A stretch of 64,000 nucleotides of DNA from Eubacteriales bacterium (GTDB lineage: Bacteria; Bacillota; Clostridia; Oscillospirales; CAG-272). Each line of letters opens with the position of its first letter. Position 1 is the first letter of the stretch. A model generated the notes under the pieces. It was not told the DNA's origin. It did not search any database and worked only from the letters and a program-made list of their open reading frames with translations. Both the position numbers and the translations under genes were made by a program. Below are positions 10,211 to 18,665 of the stretch, piece after piece. The stretch lies in assembly GCA_045577415.1 (NCBI GenBank), contig JAZNII010000045.1:1815-65814 (forward strand), read 5' to 3'.

Positions 10211-11452
10211 ATGGAAATTTTAAAAGGTAATGCGATAGTCGGTCAGTCGGGAGGTCCCACCACGGCTATTAACGCAACTCTTGCAGGAGTTATCAAGGGA
10301 GCAATAAGCTCTGAGCATATAGGCAAGGTGTACGGAATGAAGAACGGTATCGACGGTCTGCTTGCCGACACCGTTATCGATCTTGACCCCTATTTCAACT
10401 CCGATGCAGACTTTGAAAGACTTAAAAGAACCCCCGCGGCGGCTCTCGGCTCCTGCCGTAAAAAGCTCCCTCGCGAGACAGACGAAAAATACGCCGAGAT
10501 CTTTGAAACGATAATTGAAAGATTTAAGAAATACGATATCCGTTATTTCTTCTATATAGGTGGAAACGATTCCATGGATACCGTGGCAAAGCTTTCAAAA
10601 TACACCTCGGAATGCGGATATGAGATAAGAGTTATAGGCGTTCCCAAGACTATCGACAACGATCTGCTCGGTACCGACCATACCCCCGGCTTCGGCTCGG
10701 CGGCGAAATATATTTCCGTCACTATGCAGGAGATGCTTCGTGATACCGCGGTGTATACCGTCAAGGCAGTGACTATCGTCGAGATAATGGGACGTGACGC
10801 GGGCTGGCTTACGGCTTCAAGCGCTTTAGGCAGAGTGCTGGGACTTCCTTATCCCGATCTCGTATATCTTCCCGAAAGAGCCTTTGATATGGAGGAGTTC
10901 TTTGAGGATGTCAAAGTAGCTCTTGAAAAGAAGCCCAACGTTGTAGTTGCGGTATCCGAGGGCTTGCAGTTTGCCGACGGCAGATACGTGGGTGAATCGA
11001 CGCAGGGAGGCGCAGTAGATGCCTTCGGTCACAAATATCTGGCAGGCACGGGCAAGGCACTTGAGCTTGCGGTCAAGGACAGAATAGGCTGTAAGGTGCG
11101 TTCAGTAGAGCTTAATCTCCCCCAGAGATGCGCGGCGCATATCGCGTCACTTTGCGATATCGAGGAGTCCTTTGGCGTCGGACAGGCGGCTGTGTCTGCG
11201 GCAGTGCAGGGTGTCAGCCGTGAGATGATGGTCATTCTCCGCGATAGCGAGATCGGCGAAAAGTATTCCAGCGTTTACGGTCACATGGACATTGATCTTA
11301 TCGCCAACAAGACCAAATACGTTCCAAAGCACTATATCAACGACAGAGGAAATCAGGTCACCGACGAGTGCCTTAAATATATCCTTCCTCTTGTGAATGG
11401 CGAGTGTTATCCCGAATACCGCGACGGTCTGCCCGTATTCTTCGAGTTCTGA
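10211..11452 (+). CDS. pfp: 6-phosphofructokinase, probably the PPi-dependent clade
   Basis: 413 aa with GQSGGPTTAINATLAGV, IGGNDSMDT and PKTIDNDL. The phosphoryl donor (PPi vs ATP) cannot be decided from sequence by eye. Confidence 0.8.
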   Translation: MEILKGNAIVGQSGGPTTAINATLAGVIKGAISSEHIGKVYGMKNGIDGLLADTVIDLDPYFNSDADFERLKRTPAAALGSCRKKLPRETDEKYAEIFETIIERFKKYDIRYFFYIGGNDSMDTVAKLSKYTSECGYEIRVIGVPKTIDNDLLGTDHTPGFGSAAKYISVTMQEMLRDTAVYTVKAVTIVEIMGRDAGWLTASSALGRVLGLPYPDLVYLPERAFDMEEFFEDVKVALEKKPNVVVAVSEGLQFADGRYVGESTQGGAVDAFGHKYLAGTGKALELAVKDRIGCKVRSVELNLPQRCAAHIASLCDIEESFGVGQAAVSAAVQGVSREMMVILRDSEIGEKYSSVYGHMDIDLIANKTKYVPKHYINDRGNQVTDECLKYILPLVNGECYPEYRDGLPVFFEF

Positions 11453-11523
11453 TCGAAGTATTTGACTTATTTGTAAATAATTCGTTACAAGGACTCTCCA
11501 AAAGCTGAATTTAATGATATAAT

Positions 11524-11563
11524 ATATCCGTCAGATGCTTTTCTGTCTGACGGATATATTTTT
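11524..11563 (+). terminator. intrinsic terminator after pfp
   Basis: Perfect 12-bp stem ATATCCGTCAGA / TCTGACGGATAT with a 10-nt loop, followed by ATTTTT. Confidence 0.75.
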
Positions 11564-11602
11564 CATTTCCGCGCGCCCTATCGGGTAAAATATCGTTGAC
11601 AC

Positions 11603-11645
11603 GGCAACGCCACAAAGCTTATTTTGGATGGCGTTGCCTTTTTGT
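11603..11645 (+). terminator. second terminator-like hairpin
   Basis: 9-bp stem GGCAACGCC / GGCGTTGCC followed by TTTTTG; tandem with the previous terminator. Confidence 0.55.
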
Positions 11646-11719
11646 GTCTTCTCCCAATGATTATCTGCCAAAGGGTCGATCTGCGGTTTGAAGAAAAAAT
11701 GAGAAAGGAGGAGAGATAA

Positions 11720-12043
11720 ATGACGGTTGGAAGTATCCTTGAGCTTTTTGATTCCTTTAAAAGCAACGAGCTGTGCGATTCTGTGAAGATCGGTTGGATA
11801 TCGGACGTGGAAGGAAGAATACTTTGCGAGATACACAAGATGCCCTCTGAGACGGCGGTTCTTCCTAAGGGAAGCGAGGATGGTCTCACCCTGCCCGAAA
11901 GCTACGCAAGAGTATATCTGCTTTATATGGCGGCTATGGCGGAGTTTGTAGATGGCAACTATGACGCGTATACAAAGATCAACGGCGAATTTGAATCCGC
12001 GCTTGCCATGTACGCAAGATACTATATCAGAAATCGCAGATAA
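11720..12043 (+). CDS. hypothetical protein (107 aa)
   Basis: Strong RBS AAAGGAGGAG 6-7 nt before the ATG and host-like codon usage. No family recognised and no obvious promoter of its own. Confidence 0.5.
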   Translation: MTVGSILELFDSFKSNELCDSVKIGWISDVEGRILCEIHKMPSETAVLPKGSEDGLTLPESYARVYLLYMAAMAEFVDGNYDAYTKINGEFESALAMYARYYIRNRR

Positions 12044-12048
12044 TATGG

Positions 12049-12077
12049 TTGACAAATTGACTTTACAGGTGTATAAT
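12049..12077 (+). promoter_or_regulatory. sigma-A-like promoter of the 880-aa membrane protein gene
   Basis: TTGACA (12049-12054), 17 nt, TATAAT (12072-12077) preceded by TG. Confidence 0.6.
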
Positions 12078-12130
12078 AAAATATGGTAAATATTCCAATA
12101 TATTATTAATCTGAAAGGTTGGTATCATCT

Positions 12131-14773
12131 ATGTTTTGGTTGATTGCTCTCGTGATCGCTGCGGTAATGCTCGTGATCACGTTAGTTAACGTTATTATGG
12201 GTATAGTCAGAGGAACAAAAAAGAGCATCTTCTCGCTTATTGCGGTAGTAGTCTCTGCTATTATTTCAGCAATAATCACGGTTATACTTTGTATGCCGTC
12301 TTTGCCATTTATTCCCTGGTTAACGGACTTGATGGTAGACGCGCTAGTGTCTGTTAATCCGGAGATGTTCCAGGCGTTTGTAACAGAGTCTATATATGTG
12401 GCGATCTCTTACTATGTATCTATGTTGATCGCGCCGTTTGTTTTTATGTTGCTTTATATAATTATTTCCATAATAGTTTCTACAATTGTGGCAATAATTA
12501 TGTCAATAATTGCAAGAAAGAACAAAACGCGTCCCGAGGCAATCAGCCGTCTTGGCGGCATGGTTGTGGGACTTATATGCGGTCTGCTCGTTTCTGTGTT
12601 CTGCGTTTTCCCCGTGGTCGGTATATGCGATATAGCCGAGGGGGTAATTTACTCTGTCTACGATGACCTTATGGAAGTGGATCAGTTTAAGGAAGCGATT
12701 GAAGAGATGCCTGCTGCTTTGCGCGAGGCTCCACCCGCGATGAAGATCTTTGACTATGTAGGATGCGGGCTGCTTTATGATGCGTTTTCCGGCTCATTCT
12801 TTGAGGGTGATAGAGTAAGCCTTGAGGAAGACGTTAATGTGCTTGTGGATGTAGGAAGTGAGCTGATGTCTATGGACACCGAGTCGGATAGCTTCAATTC
12901 CTCTCACGTTGATGTGATAAAGGCGATCATTTCCAATCTTGACCGTTCACCGCTGATTAAAAATATCATAGCGGAATTTATCGTTATAGTAACTAACGAA
13001 GAAAACGGCTTCCTTGACGAAGTAGATATGGGTGAATTGATGTCTCCCGTGGTAGACGAAATGATAGACATTATGTCTACGTCCACCAAGGACACTCTCA
13101 CCGATGATCTTACAACCCTTGCAAACGTGCTGGGAATAATAATTGATAGCGAAATACTTGACGATACCGATCCTCAAACTATGCTAACAAAGCTTGGAGA
13201 TGGGCTTGCCTCGGATCTTCTCGTAGAGATCAACAAGAACGAGCGTATGCATCCCGTTGCCGATGAGATCACCCGACTCAGTATCAGAGCCTTGGCATCT
13301 ACTCTTGGTATCCCTGCCGATGCCGATGAAAGATACGATGCTCTTATGGATAAGATCGCTGAAGCTCTTAATGAAACGGTCGGACAGGATGAAGCTTCGA
13401 GGCTTGACAACGTAAGTGAAAAGCTTGACACTCTCTTTGCCGATTACGGTATTGAGGTCAATGGAGATGCGCTTGATCATGTTGCAGAGGGACTTATCGC
13501 AGACCTTGGAAACGGAGCGTCGGGTGATAGCGTCAAGGAATTCTTTATGATCTATCATTTTGCTATCGATGAGAGCGGAGAATCTGCCGAGGCAGACTCG
13601 GGCGTTGAATACCTTTCTTCATCAAATAGCGAGGCAATAGTCGTAAACGGCGACGGTACCATCAGTGTCGGTGGCGTTGTGCTTAAGTATTATAACGCAA
13701 ATAACTACCGTTCCTCCAAAGCATATAATATGGGCGTTCAGCACGTGTATATCGGAGCTGCAGACACTCTATATTCTGCCGCTACCATTAAATCTACCGT
13801 TTTGACGGCAGAGGATATTCTTGCAAGTCTCGGACAATATGGTGACTGCGATGATGCTATCGCGGAAGCTCAGAAGGTTGGCGATATATTCGCAACAATG
13901 TCCGCAATCATTTCCGATAAGGATCTTGACGATCTTGATAGCGCAGAGATATTTGCCGAGCTGGGTCAAGTGTTTGATATGATGAAGGGTTCTGAAATAT
14001 TCAAGACCGATTCCGCAAAGAATTTGCTCACTGCTATCCTTCAGTCTGAAAAGATCATAGGCGCTATGGGTCTTTCTCAAAAGGATATGACCGAATTTGC
14101 CAACAAGATCAATAGCTACGCGGGTGAGCGTGATAATGGTTACGAGGACGCAACCAAGGCAATTTCCGGAACTCTTAATGCGGTAACCAAGGCGTCCGAT
14201 AAAGAGGCGACCACAGAAGAAAAGGTCGCCGCTACCAAGAATATGATCGATAATGTCAACAAGGACAATGCGGAAATGATAAGCTCGATGGTGTCGGGCG
14301 ACATGATAGGCGACTACGGCGTTGCGGTTGACAATTCCGCGTCGGTTTCCGATGCTCTTAAGAACATGATCCATAATATGGCGGATTATAAGGAAGGTAA
14401 TCCTACAGATGAAGATGTTGACAAGGAAGCAGAGGCGGTTACCAAGATGCTTAACCTTGCTATGGTAGGCGCAGGCGAAGGCCCTATGTTTGATACAGAG
14501 GACGGTGAAAAAGGATCTGTAGCCTCCGATCCCGATAGCTTTATCGCTACCGTGGTCGAGTCTGACGTGGTCATGAAGACCATAACTCAGTCGGTAGAGG
14601 ACAAAGAAGCGGGAAGCAACCCCTACGGCGTAACCTATAATACCGAGGCAGAGAAGGAAACCGTTGCAGCCTCTCTTGAAAAGTATTATGAGGAAAACGG
14701 CGGCGGAGAAGAGCTTGCCGAGAAACTCACTAACCTCGCTATTGCTATGGACGTTGAAGTAAGCTTTGAATGA
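12131..14773 (+). CDS. large membrane protein with a CvpA-like N-terminal TM domain and a long acidic C-terminal region
   Basis: About 170 aa with 4-5 TM helices resembling the colicin V production (CvpA) fold, then about 700 aa of D/E-rich, probably helical sequence. The ATG at 12131 is preferred over the TTG at 12119. Confidence 0.6.
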   Translation: MFWLIALVIAAVMLVITLVNVIMGIVRGTKKSIFSLIAVVVSAIISAIITVILCMPSLPFIPWLTDLMVDALVSVNPEMFQAFVTESIYVAISYYVSMLIAPFVFMLLYIIISIIVSTIVAIIMSIIARKNKTRPEAISRLGGMVVGLICGLLVSVFCVFPVVGICDIAEGVIYSVYDDLMEVDQFKEAIEEMPAALREAPPAMKIFDYVGCGLLYDAFSGSFFEGDRVSLEEDVNVLVDVGSELMSMDTESDSFNSSHVDVIKAIISNLDRSPLIKNIIAEFIVIVTNEENGFLDEVDMGELMSPVVDEMIDIMSTSTKDTLTDDLTTLANVLGIIIDSEILDDTDPQTMLTKLGDGLASDLLVEINKNERMHPVADEITRLSIRALASTLGIPADADERYDALMDKIAEALNETVGQDEASRLDNVSEKLDTLFADYGIEVNGDALDHVAEGLIADLGNGASGDSVKEFFMIYHFAIDESGESAEADSGVEYLSSSNSEAIVVNGDGTISVGGVVLKYYNANNYRSSKAYNMGVQHVYIGAADTLYSAATIKSTVLTAEDILASLGQYGDCDDAIAEAQKVGDIFATMSAIISDKDLDDLDSAEIFAELGQVFDMMKGSEIFKTDSAKNLLTAILQSEKIIGAMGLSQKDMTEFANKINSYAGERDNGYEDATKAISGTLNAVTKASDKEATTEEKVAATKNMIDNVNKDNAEMISSMVSGDMIGDYGVAVDNSASVSDALKNMIHNMADYKEGNPTDEDVDKEAEAVTKMLNLAMVGAGEGPMFDTEDGEKGSVASDPDSFIATVVESDVVMKTITQSVEDKEAGSNPYGVTYNTEAEKETVAASLEKYYEENGGGEELAEKLTNLAIAMDVEVSFE

Positions 14774-14799
14774 TCTGAACGATTTTGAATAAGTAATTT

Positions 14800-14841
14800 G
14801 TCCCTCGCTCGCCCGATTTTGGGTGAGTGGGGGACTTTTTT
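14800..14841 (+). terminator. intrinsic terminator
   Basis: 15-bp stem (GTCCCTCGCTCGCCC / GGGTGAGTGGGGGAC, including 3 G-U pairs), 6-nt loop, T6 tail. Confidence 0.75.
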
Positions 14842-14933
14842 AGGGTTTTCAGCTTAAAATTTTAGCTATGGGACGGACGAAAAGAGTTTCTGAAAAAAAT
14901 CTAAAAAAAATTGAGAAAAATTTCAAAAAACAC

Positions 14934-14962
14934 TTGACAAACCCACCTTGTTGTGGTATGAT
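14934..14962 (+). promoter_or_regulatory. promoter of the tRNA cluster
   Basis: TTGACA (14934-14939), 17 nt, extended -10 TGgTATGAT (14954-14962); about 50 nt upstream of tRNA-Gly. Confidence 0.65.
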
Positions 14963-15012
14963 ATATAGGCGGTCAAAACAAGGGGATAAAAACCTCGGTT
15001 TGATGTGCTGAT

Positions 15013-15086
15013 GCGAGTGTAGTTCAATGGTAGAATCCCAGCCTTCCAAGCTGGTCGCGTGGGTTCGATTCCCATCACTCGCTCCA
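15013..15086 (+). tRNA. tRNA-Gly (anticodon TCC)
   Basis: Cloverleaf folded by hand: acceptor GCGAGTG/CACTCGC, anticodon stem CCAGC/GCTGG with loop CTTCCAA, T-arm GTGGG-TTCGATT-CCCAT, encoded CCA. Confidence 0.9.
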
Positions 15087-15088
15087 CC

Positions 15089-15131
15089 GGCAGTGCCGGT
15101 CCCGAAAGGGTTTCGTCACTGCCGATTTTTT
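15089..15131 (+). terminator. terminator-like hairpin between tRNA-Gly and tRNA-Arg
   Basis: GGCAGTG / CACTGCC outer stem with inner CCC-gaaa-GGG, followed by gaTTTTTT. It may be an attenuating or processing element inside the tRNA cluster. Confidence 0.45.
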
Positions 15132-15149
15132 ATTGAATTTCATAAAAAT

Positions 15150-15226
15150 GTGCCTTTAGCTCAGCTGGATAGAGCAACTGCCTTCTAAGCAGTAGGTCGG
15201 GGGTTCGAGTCCCTCAAGGCACGCCA
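15150..15226 (+). tRNA. tRNA-Arg (anticodon TCT)
   Basis: Acceptor GTGCCTT/AAGGCAC, D-arm GCTC..GAGC, anticodon stem ACTGC/GCAGT with loop CTTCTAA, T-arm GGGGG-TTCGAGT-CCCTC, encoded CCA. Confidence 0.9.
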
Positions 15227-15229
15227 GAT

Positions 15230-15307
15230 GGTGGGTATGGCTCAGTTGGTTAGAGCGTCAGGTTGTGGCCCTGAAGGCCGTGGGTTCGAATCCCATTACT
15301 CACCCCA
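15230..15307 (+). tRNA. tRNA-His (anticodon GTG) with encoded G-1
   Basis: An extra 5' G pairs with C73. Acceptor GTGGGTA/TACTCAC, anticodon loop TTGTGGC, T-arm GTGGG-TTCGAAT-CCCAT, encoded CCA. Confidence 0.9.
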
Positions 15308-15308
15308 T

Positions 15309-15341
15309 AAAAAAATCCGAGGTAACACCTCGGATTTTTTT
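15309..15341 (+). terminator. intrinsic terminator of the tRNA cluster
   Basis: A-run, 9-bp stem ATCCGAGGT / ACCTCGGAT with a 3-nt loop, T7 tail. A near copy recurs 161 bp downstream. Confidence 0.75.
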
Positions 15342-15664
15342 ATGGGCGAGCAACGGGATATTCTCACCAACGGCGCGAGCGGAGCGAGCAGCCGTCGATG
15401 TTTTGCCGTAAGGCAAAACTCGACAAGCAAGCCATAGGCTTGCGTGAGGGTTCAGAATCCCATATAAGAGTCACGATCCGAGGTAACACCTCGTATTTTT
15501 TTGTGGGTCGAGCAACGGAATATCGCACTCACGGCGCGAGCGAAGCGAGCAACCGTCGACATTTTGCCAAAGGCAAAACTCGACAAGAGAGCCGAAGGCT
15601 TGCGTGAGGGTTCAGAATCCCATTGAAAACCTCGGATTTTTTAATGGGGTGAGTAATGGGATTC
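15309..15664 (+). repeat. 161-bp tandem repeat (2 full units plus a partial third) derived from the tRNA-His 3' end and its terminator
   Basis: Unit A starts at 15315 and unit B at 15476. Each has the hairpin plus T-run, a degenerate inverted copy of the tRNA-His 3' end, two conserved internal hairpins, and a direct T-arm-like GGGTTCAGAATCCCAT. The array ends with a perfect 21-nt inverted copy (15644-15664) of 15288-15308. Confidence 0.8.
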
Positions 15665-15666
15665 TA

Positions 15667-15708
15667 ATAAAAAATCACCGTGTTCATTTTGCAGCACGGT
15701 GATTTTTC
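15667..15708. terminator. bidirectional terminator (hisS 3' end)
   Basis: A-run, 9-bp stem ATCACCGTG / CACGGTGAT with a 12-nt loop, T-run; 8 nt beyond the hisS stop codon. Confidence 0.75.
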
Positions 15709-15715
15709 ATTAATA

Positions 15716-16996
15716 TTAGATATCATCAAGCTTGCTCATTTCATCGGCAAAACGGATGTCTATGAAGCGGCTGTACCCCTCGGCTTCAAGCTTCTGCTTC
15801 TGGAAGCCGACGTTTTTGTTCATCTTCTGAACGAGAACGACCTTGCCGCCCTTTCTTATTTCCATAGCCTTTTTCTGCATAGCTGCAACGTCGGTTATGG
15901 CGATCCTCTTGTCGTAGAGAATCGCGATCTTTTCGGCAGAGCCATCGGGACGGAAATTCTTTTCCATGAGCGCGCCGACCATTCTTTCAAAACCGATAGA
16001 AAAGCCGCAAGCAGGAGTCTTCTGACCCGTAAAGTTACCGATCATATTGTCATATCGACCGCCGCCCGCAATACTTGAACCCTTGAAATCGGTACTCTTG
16101 ATCTCAAATATAGTACCTGTGTAGTATCCCATTCCGCGCACCAGTGTGACGTCGAAATCAAGGTCGAAGCGACCGTCGGAAATGAGAGCTACGCTATCAA
16201 CTATCTCCTTGAGATTAGCGAGAACGCCAGCTTCAATTGCGTCGCCGAGAGCGCTTTCAAGATAAGCGAAGCGATCCTCAGCCGCCATCGCTCCGCGGAA
16301 TATTTCCATATATTTTGCTACTGCTTCGGGAGCGTATCCCTCGGCAATCAGCTCCTTTTCGATGCCTGCTTCACCGATCTTATCGTATTTATCAAGGATG
16401 ATAAACACGGTAGAGAACTGATCCTCGGCAAAACCGCTTGCTTTCGCCATAGCCGAAAGGATACGGCGGTCGTTTATCATAACGGTGCAGCCCTTAACAC
16501 CTGCCTCCTCAAGAAATGTGGAGGTAGCGGTGATAAGCTCGATCTCGGCAGAATTGGTGGAGTCGCCGAAAATGTCAATGTCGCACTGGTGGAACTGACG
16601 GAAACGACCCTTTTGAGGTCTGTCAGCGCGCCAAACGGGACCGATCTGCATCGCCTTGAAGGGGAGAGGCAGAGTTGCCGCATTGTTGGAATAATAACGG
16701 GAGAGAGGAACCGTCAGATCGTAGCGAAGTCCCGAGTCGGCAAGGGAATCGATGTCAAAGCCCTCGGCCGCGTCCGTGAGCTTTTCTCCGCGCTTCATTA
16801 TTTTGAAGATAAGCTTTTCATTTTCGCCGCCCTGCTTGCCCGTGAGATTTTCAATATGCTCAACGGCGGGGGTCTCTATCTGTGTGAAGCCGAAGGACGC
16901 ATAGGTCTTTTTCAGCTTGGTGAGTAAATACTCTCTTACTTCCATTTCCGAGGGAAGTATATCCCTCATTCCTTTTGTTGGTTCTTTTACAAACAT
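15716..16996 (-). CDS. hisS: histidine--tRNA ligase
   Basis: KGMRDILP motif-1 region, class II core and GGGRYDNM. The ATG at 16996 (AAAGGA 7 nt upstream) is preferred over the TTG at 17062. Confidence 0.93.
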   Translation of the reverse strand: MFVKEPTKGMRDILPSEMEVREYLLTKLKKTYASFGFTQIETPAVEHIENLTGKQGGENEKLIFKIMKRGEKLTDAAEGFDIDSLADSGLRYDLTVPLSRYYSNNAATLPLPFKAMQIGPVWRADRPQKGRFRQFHQCDIDIFGDSTNSAEIELITATSTFLEEAGVKGCTVMINDRRILSAMAKASGFAEDQFSTVFIILDKYDKIGEAGIEKELIAEGYAPEAVAKYMEIFRGAMAAEDRFAYLESALGDAIEAGVLANLKEIVDSVALISDGRFDLDFDVTLVRGMGYYTGTIFEIKSTDFKGSSIAGGGRYDNMIGNFTGQKTPACGFSIGFERMVGALMEKNFRPDGSAEKIAILYDKRIAITDVAAMQKKAMEIRKGGKVVLVQKMNKNVGFQKQKLEAEGYSRFIDIRFADEMSKLDDI

Positions 16997-17015
16997 ATTT
17001 ATATCCTTTCTTTTC

Positions 17016-17044
17016 GTGGACCCTTTTTGAGAAAAAGGGTCCAC
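17016..17044 (-). promoter_or_regulatory. perfect 13-bp hairpin just upstream of the hisS RBS
   Basis: GTGGACCCTTTTT gag AAAAAGGGTCCAC with no U-tract after it. Its function is unknown; it could be a stabiliser, a processing site or a weak terminator of the upstream gene. Confidence 0.35.
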
Positions 17045-17121
17045 ACCTCCAAAAACTTTCAATAAGGCAAGTTTGGTGGCATAGCCGTTTTTAGTTTGGA
17101 GATGATATAGTTTAAAAATTA

Positions 17122-17466
17122 TTATCTGTAATATACGTAATGCACGATAACGGTTCTTTCCTTACCGCCATGCTCAAGGTCGGGGGCGGTGATGACTACG
17201 CCGTCTTTAGAGAGAAGCTCCCATGCCTGCATTTCCTCGATCTTACAGCGCATAAGCACGTCGGCAGACGCAAAGACCAGTAGCTCGTCCCCCTTGATAT
17301 TAAGCGCGCCCGAGCGCCCGATGACCTCGTGGGTACCGTTTATCTCCTCGGTCACGTATTTGACGTGATGACCGCTTATCTGCTTTGCCATATCCCACTT
17401 AAATCGCTTACTGTCGGGATTTTTGCTTTTTGTAGCCTTTTCAAATATCTTTTTTATAAGTCCCAT
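17122..17466 (-). CDS. hypothetical protein (114 aa)
   Basis: Its start codon overlaps the stop of the upstream methyltransferase gene (TAATG). No family recognised. Confidence 0.6.
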   Translation of the reverse strand: MGLIKKIFEKATKSKNPDSKRFKWDMAKQISGHHVKYVTEEINGTHEVIGRSGALNIKGDELLVFASADVLMRCKIEEMQAWELLSKDGVVITAPDLEHGGKERTVIVHYVYYR

Positions 17467-18665
17467 TATCGGCTCTCCCTTCCTGTAAGAAAGGCGTAGA
17501 TGCTTTCGTATTCCGCATAAAGCTTTTTTGCCTTTTCGCCATTTTTATCAAAGCCTTTTTTGCGAATACCGCGAAGCATGATATTCTTGGGGGTCTCCTC
17601 GGGATCGATCAGCTCAAGAGCGGCGGTGTCGTAGCCGTTTGCCTCCATGAGCTTAAGTCGCAGAGCGTCGGTCGCCGCATCGCAAAGCTTCTGACGAAGC
17701 ATTGAATAGTCAGCAATAAAGGAGAGAGCATCGCAATTCAGTCTGCGATTGAGATCGTGATGGCAGCAAGGCGTTGACAGTATCACGTCTGCTTGCCATT
17801 CTATCGCCTTTCCGATAACAATATCGGTGGCGGTGTCGCAAGCGTGGAGAGAGATGACCATGTTCACTCTGTCCTCGGTATTGTATAGATTTACGTCGCC
17901 GCAGATAAATTCAAGACCGTCAAAGCCCAGCTTACTTGCTACGCCCGAGCAGTACTCAATAACGTCGCTTTTGAGATCTACACCTGTCATTTTGACCTGT
18001 CTGCCCTTTATAACGGCAAAATAGTGATAGACCGCAAAGGAGAGATAGCTTTTGCCACAGCAGAGATCGCAGATTCGAAGTGTGCCGTCAGTGGGGAGAG
18101 CGTTCTCAACGTCGCGTATCAGCTCTAAAAACCTATTTATCTGACGGAATTTCGCCTGCTTTTTATCGTAAACGCGACCGTTTTGGTCGCTGACCTCAAG
18201 CAATTTCAGAAACGGCTCGTCGCCTTTAAGGATGTAATTTTTGTGTTTGTTGTTGGCGGTGGGAGTTATGCGGGCAAACGCCTTGGGTGCGCCGTTTTCT
18301 TCACCGAAAAGCACCTTTTCAAGCTTTTCTCCGCGAAGCAAAACGGTGTTACCCGATTTTGACCTCTTGAACTCGCACTCTCCCGCAGTTGTAAGCAGAT
18401 TGATCTGTGAAAATTGCTCAATGAGAGCGGCAAGAGGCTCTCCGTCGCCGATTTTTATGTTTTTGTGCTTCGCCTTGTTGTCTGCGTGAAAGCTCTCGAT
18501 CTGCAAGACCGTCTCGCCCGAGATCGACTTTAACGTAACCATCGCCTTGAGTGTCTCGCCGCCCGCAGGCTTGGAAAAGACCGCTTTTTTCAAGGTTTCT
18601 GTCTGCGCGCTCTTTTCGATCAGACGCAGAAGCAGGGAAGCGTTGTTGTCTGTCAATTCAATCAT
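17466..18665 (-). CDS. class I SAM-dependent methyltransferase (Methyltransf_32-like)
   Basis: ICDLCCGKSYLSF SAM-binding loop followed by VDL. The ATG at 18665 overlaps the plsY stop (ATGA), so the longer ORF-track start at 18731 is unlikely. Confidence 0.75.
   Translation of the reverse strand: MIELTDNNASLLLRLIEKSAQTETLKKAVFSKPAGGETLKAMVTLKSISGETVLQIESFHADNKAKHKNIKIGDGEPLAALIEQFSQINLLTTAGECEFKRSKSGNTVLLRGEKLEKVLFGEENGAPKAFARITPTANNKHKNYILKGDEPFLKLLEVSDQNGRVYDKKQAKFRQINRFLELIRDVENALPTDGTLRICDLCCGKSYLSFAVYHYFAVIKGRQVKMTGVDLKSDVIEYCSGVASKLGFDGLEFICGDVNLYNTEDRVNMVISLHACDTATDIVIGKAIEWQADVILSTPCCHHDLNRRLNCDALSFIADYSMLRQKLCDAATDALRLKLMEANGYDTAALELIDPEETPKNIMLRGIRKKGFDKNGEKAKKLYAEYESIYAFLTGRESR

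Noticed and set aside
15228-15607. Two 69-aa ORFs (15228-15437 and 15398-15607).
   Set aside because: The first starts in the 4-nt spacer just after tRNA-Arg and reads through the whole of tRNA-His, and both read through terminator hairpins and the 161-bp repeat. Their similarity to each other simply reflects the DNA repeat.
15309-15664. Possible CRISPR array, because of the regularly spaced repeats.
   Set aside because: The whole 161-bp unit is repeated, not short repeats separated by unique spacers. There are only 2 full units plus a partial third, the array contains tRNA-derived sequence and terminators, and there are no cas genes in the window.
16997-17121. T-box leader upstream of hisS, which is common in Firmicutes.
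   Set aside because: Only ~125 nt separate hisS from the upstream gene. I could not find a specifier-loop plus T-box (…GGTGGTACCGCG-like) arrangement, only a 13-bp perfect hairpin without a U-tract. hisS appears to be co-transcribed with the upstream genes.
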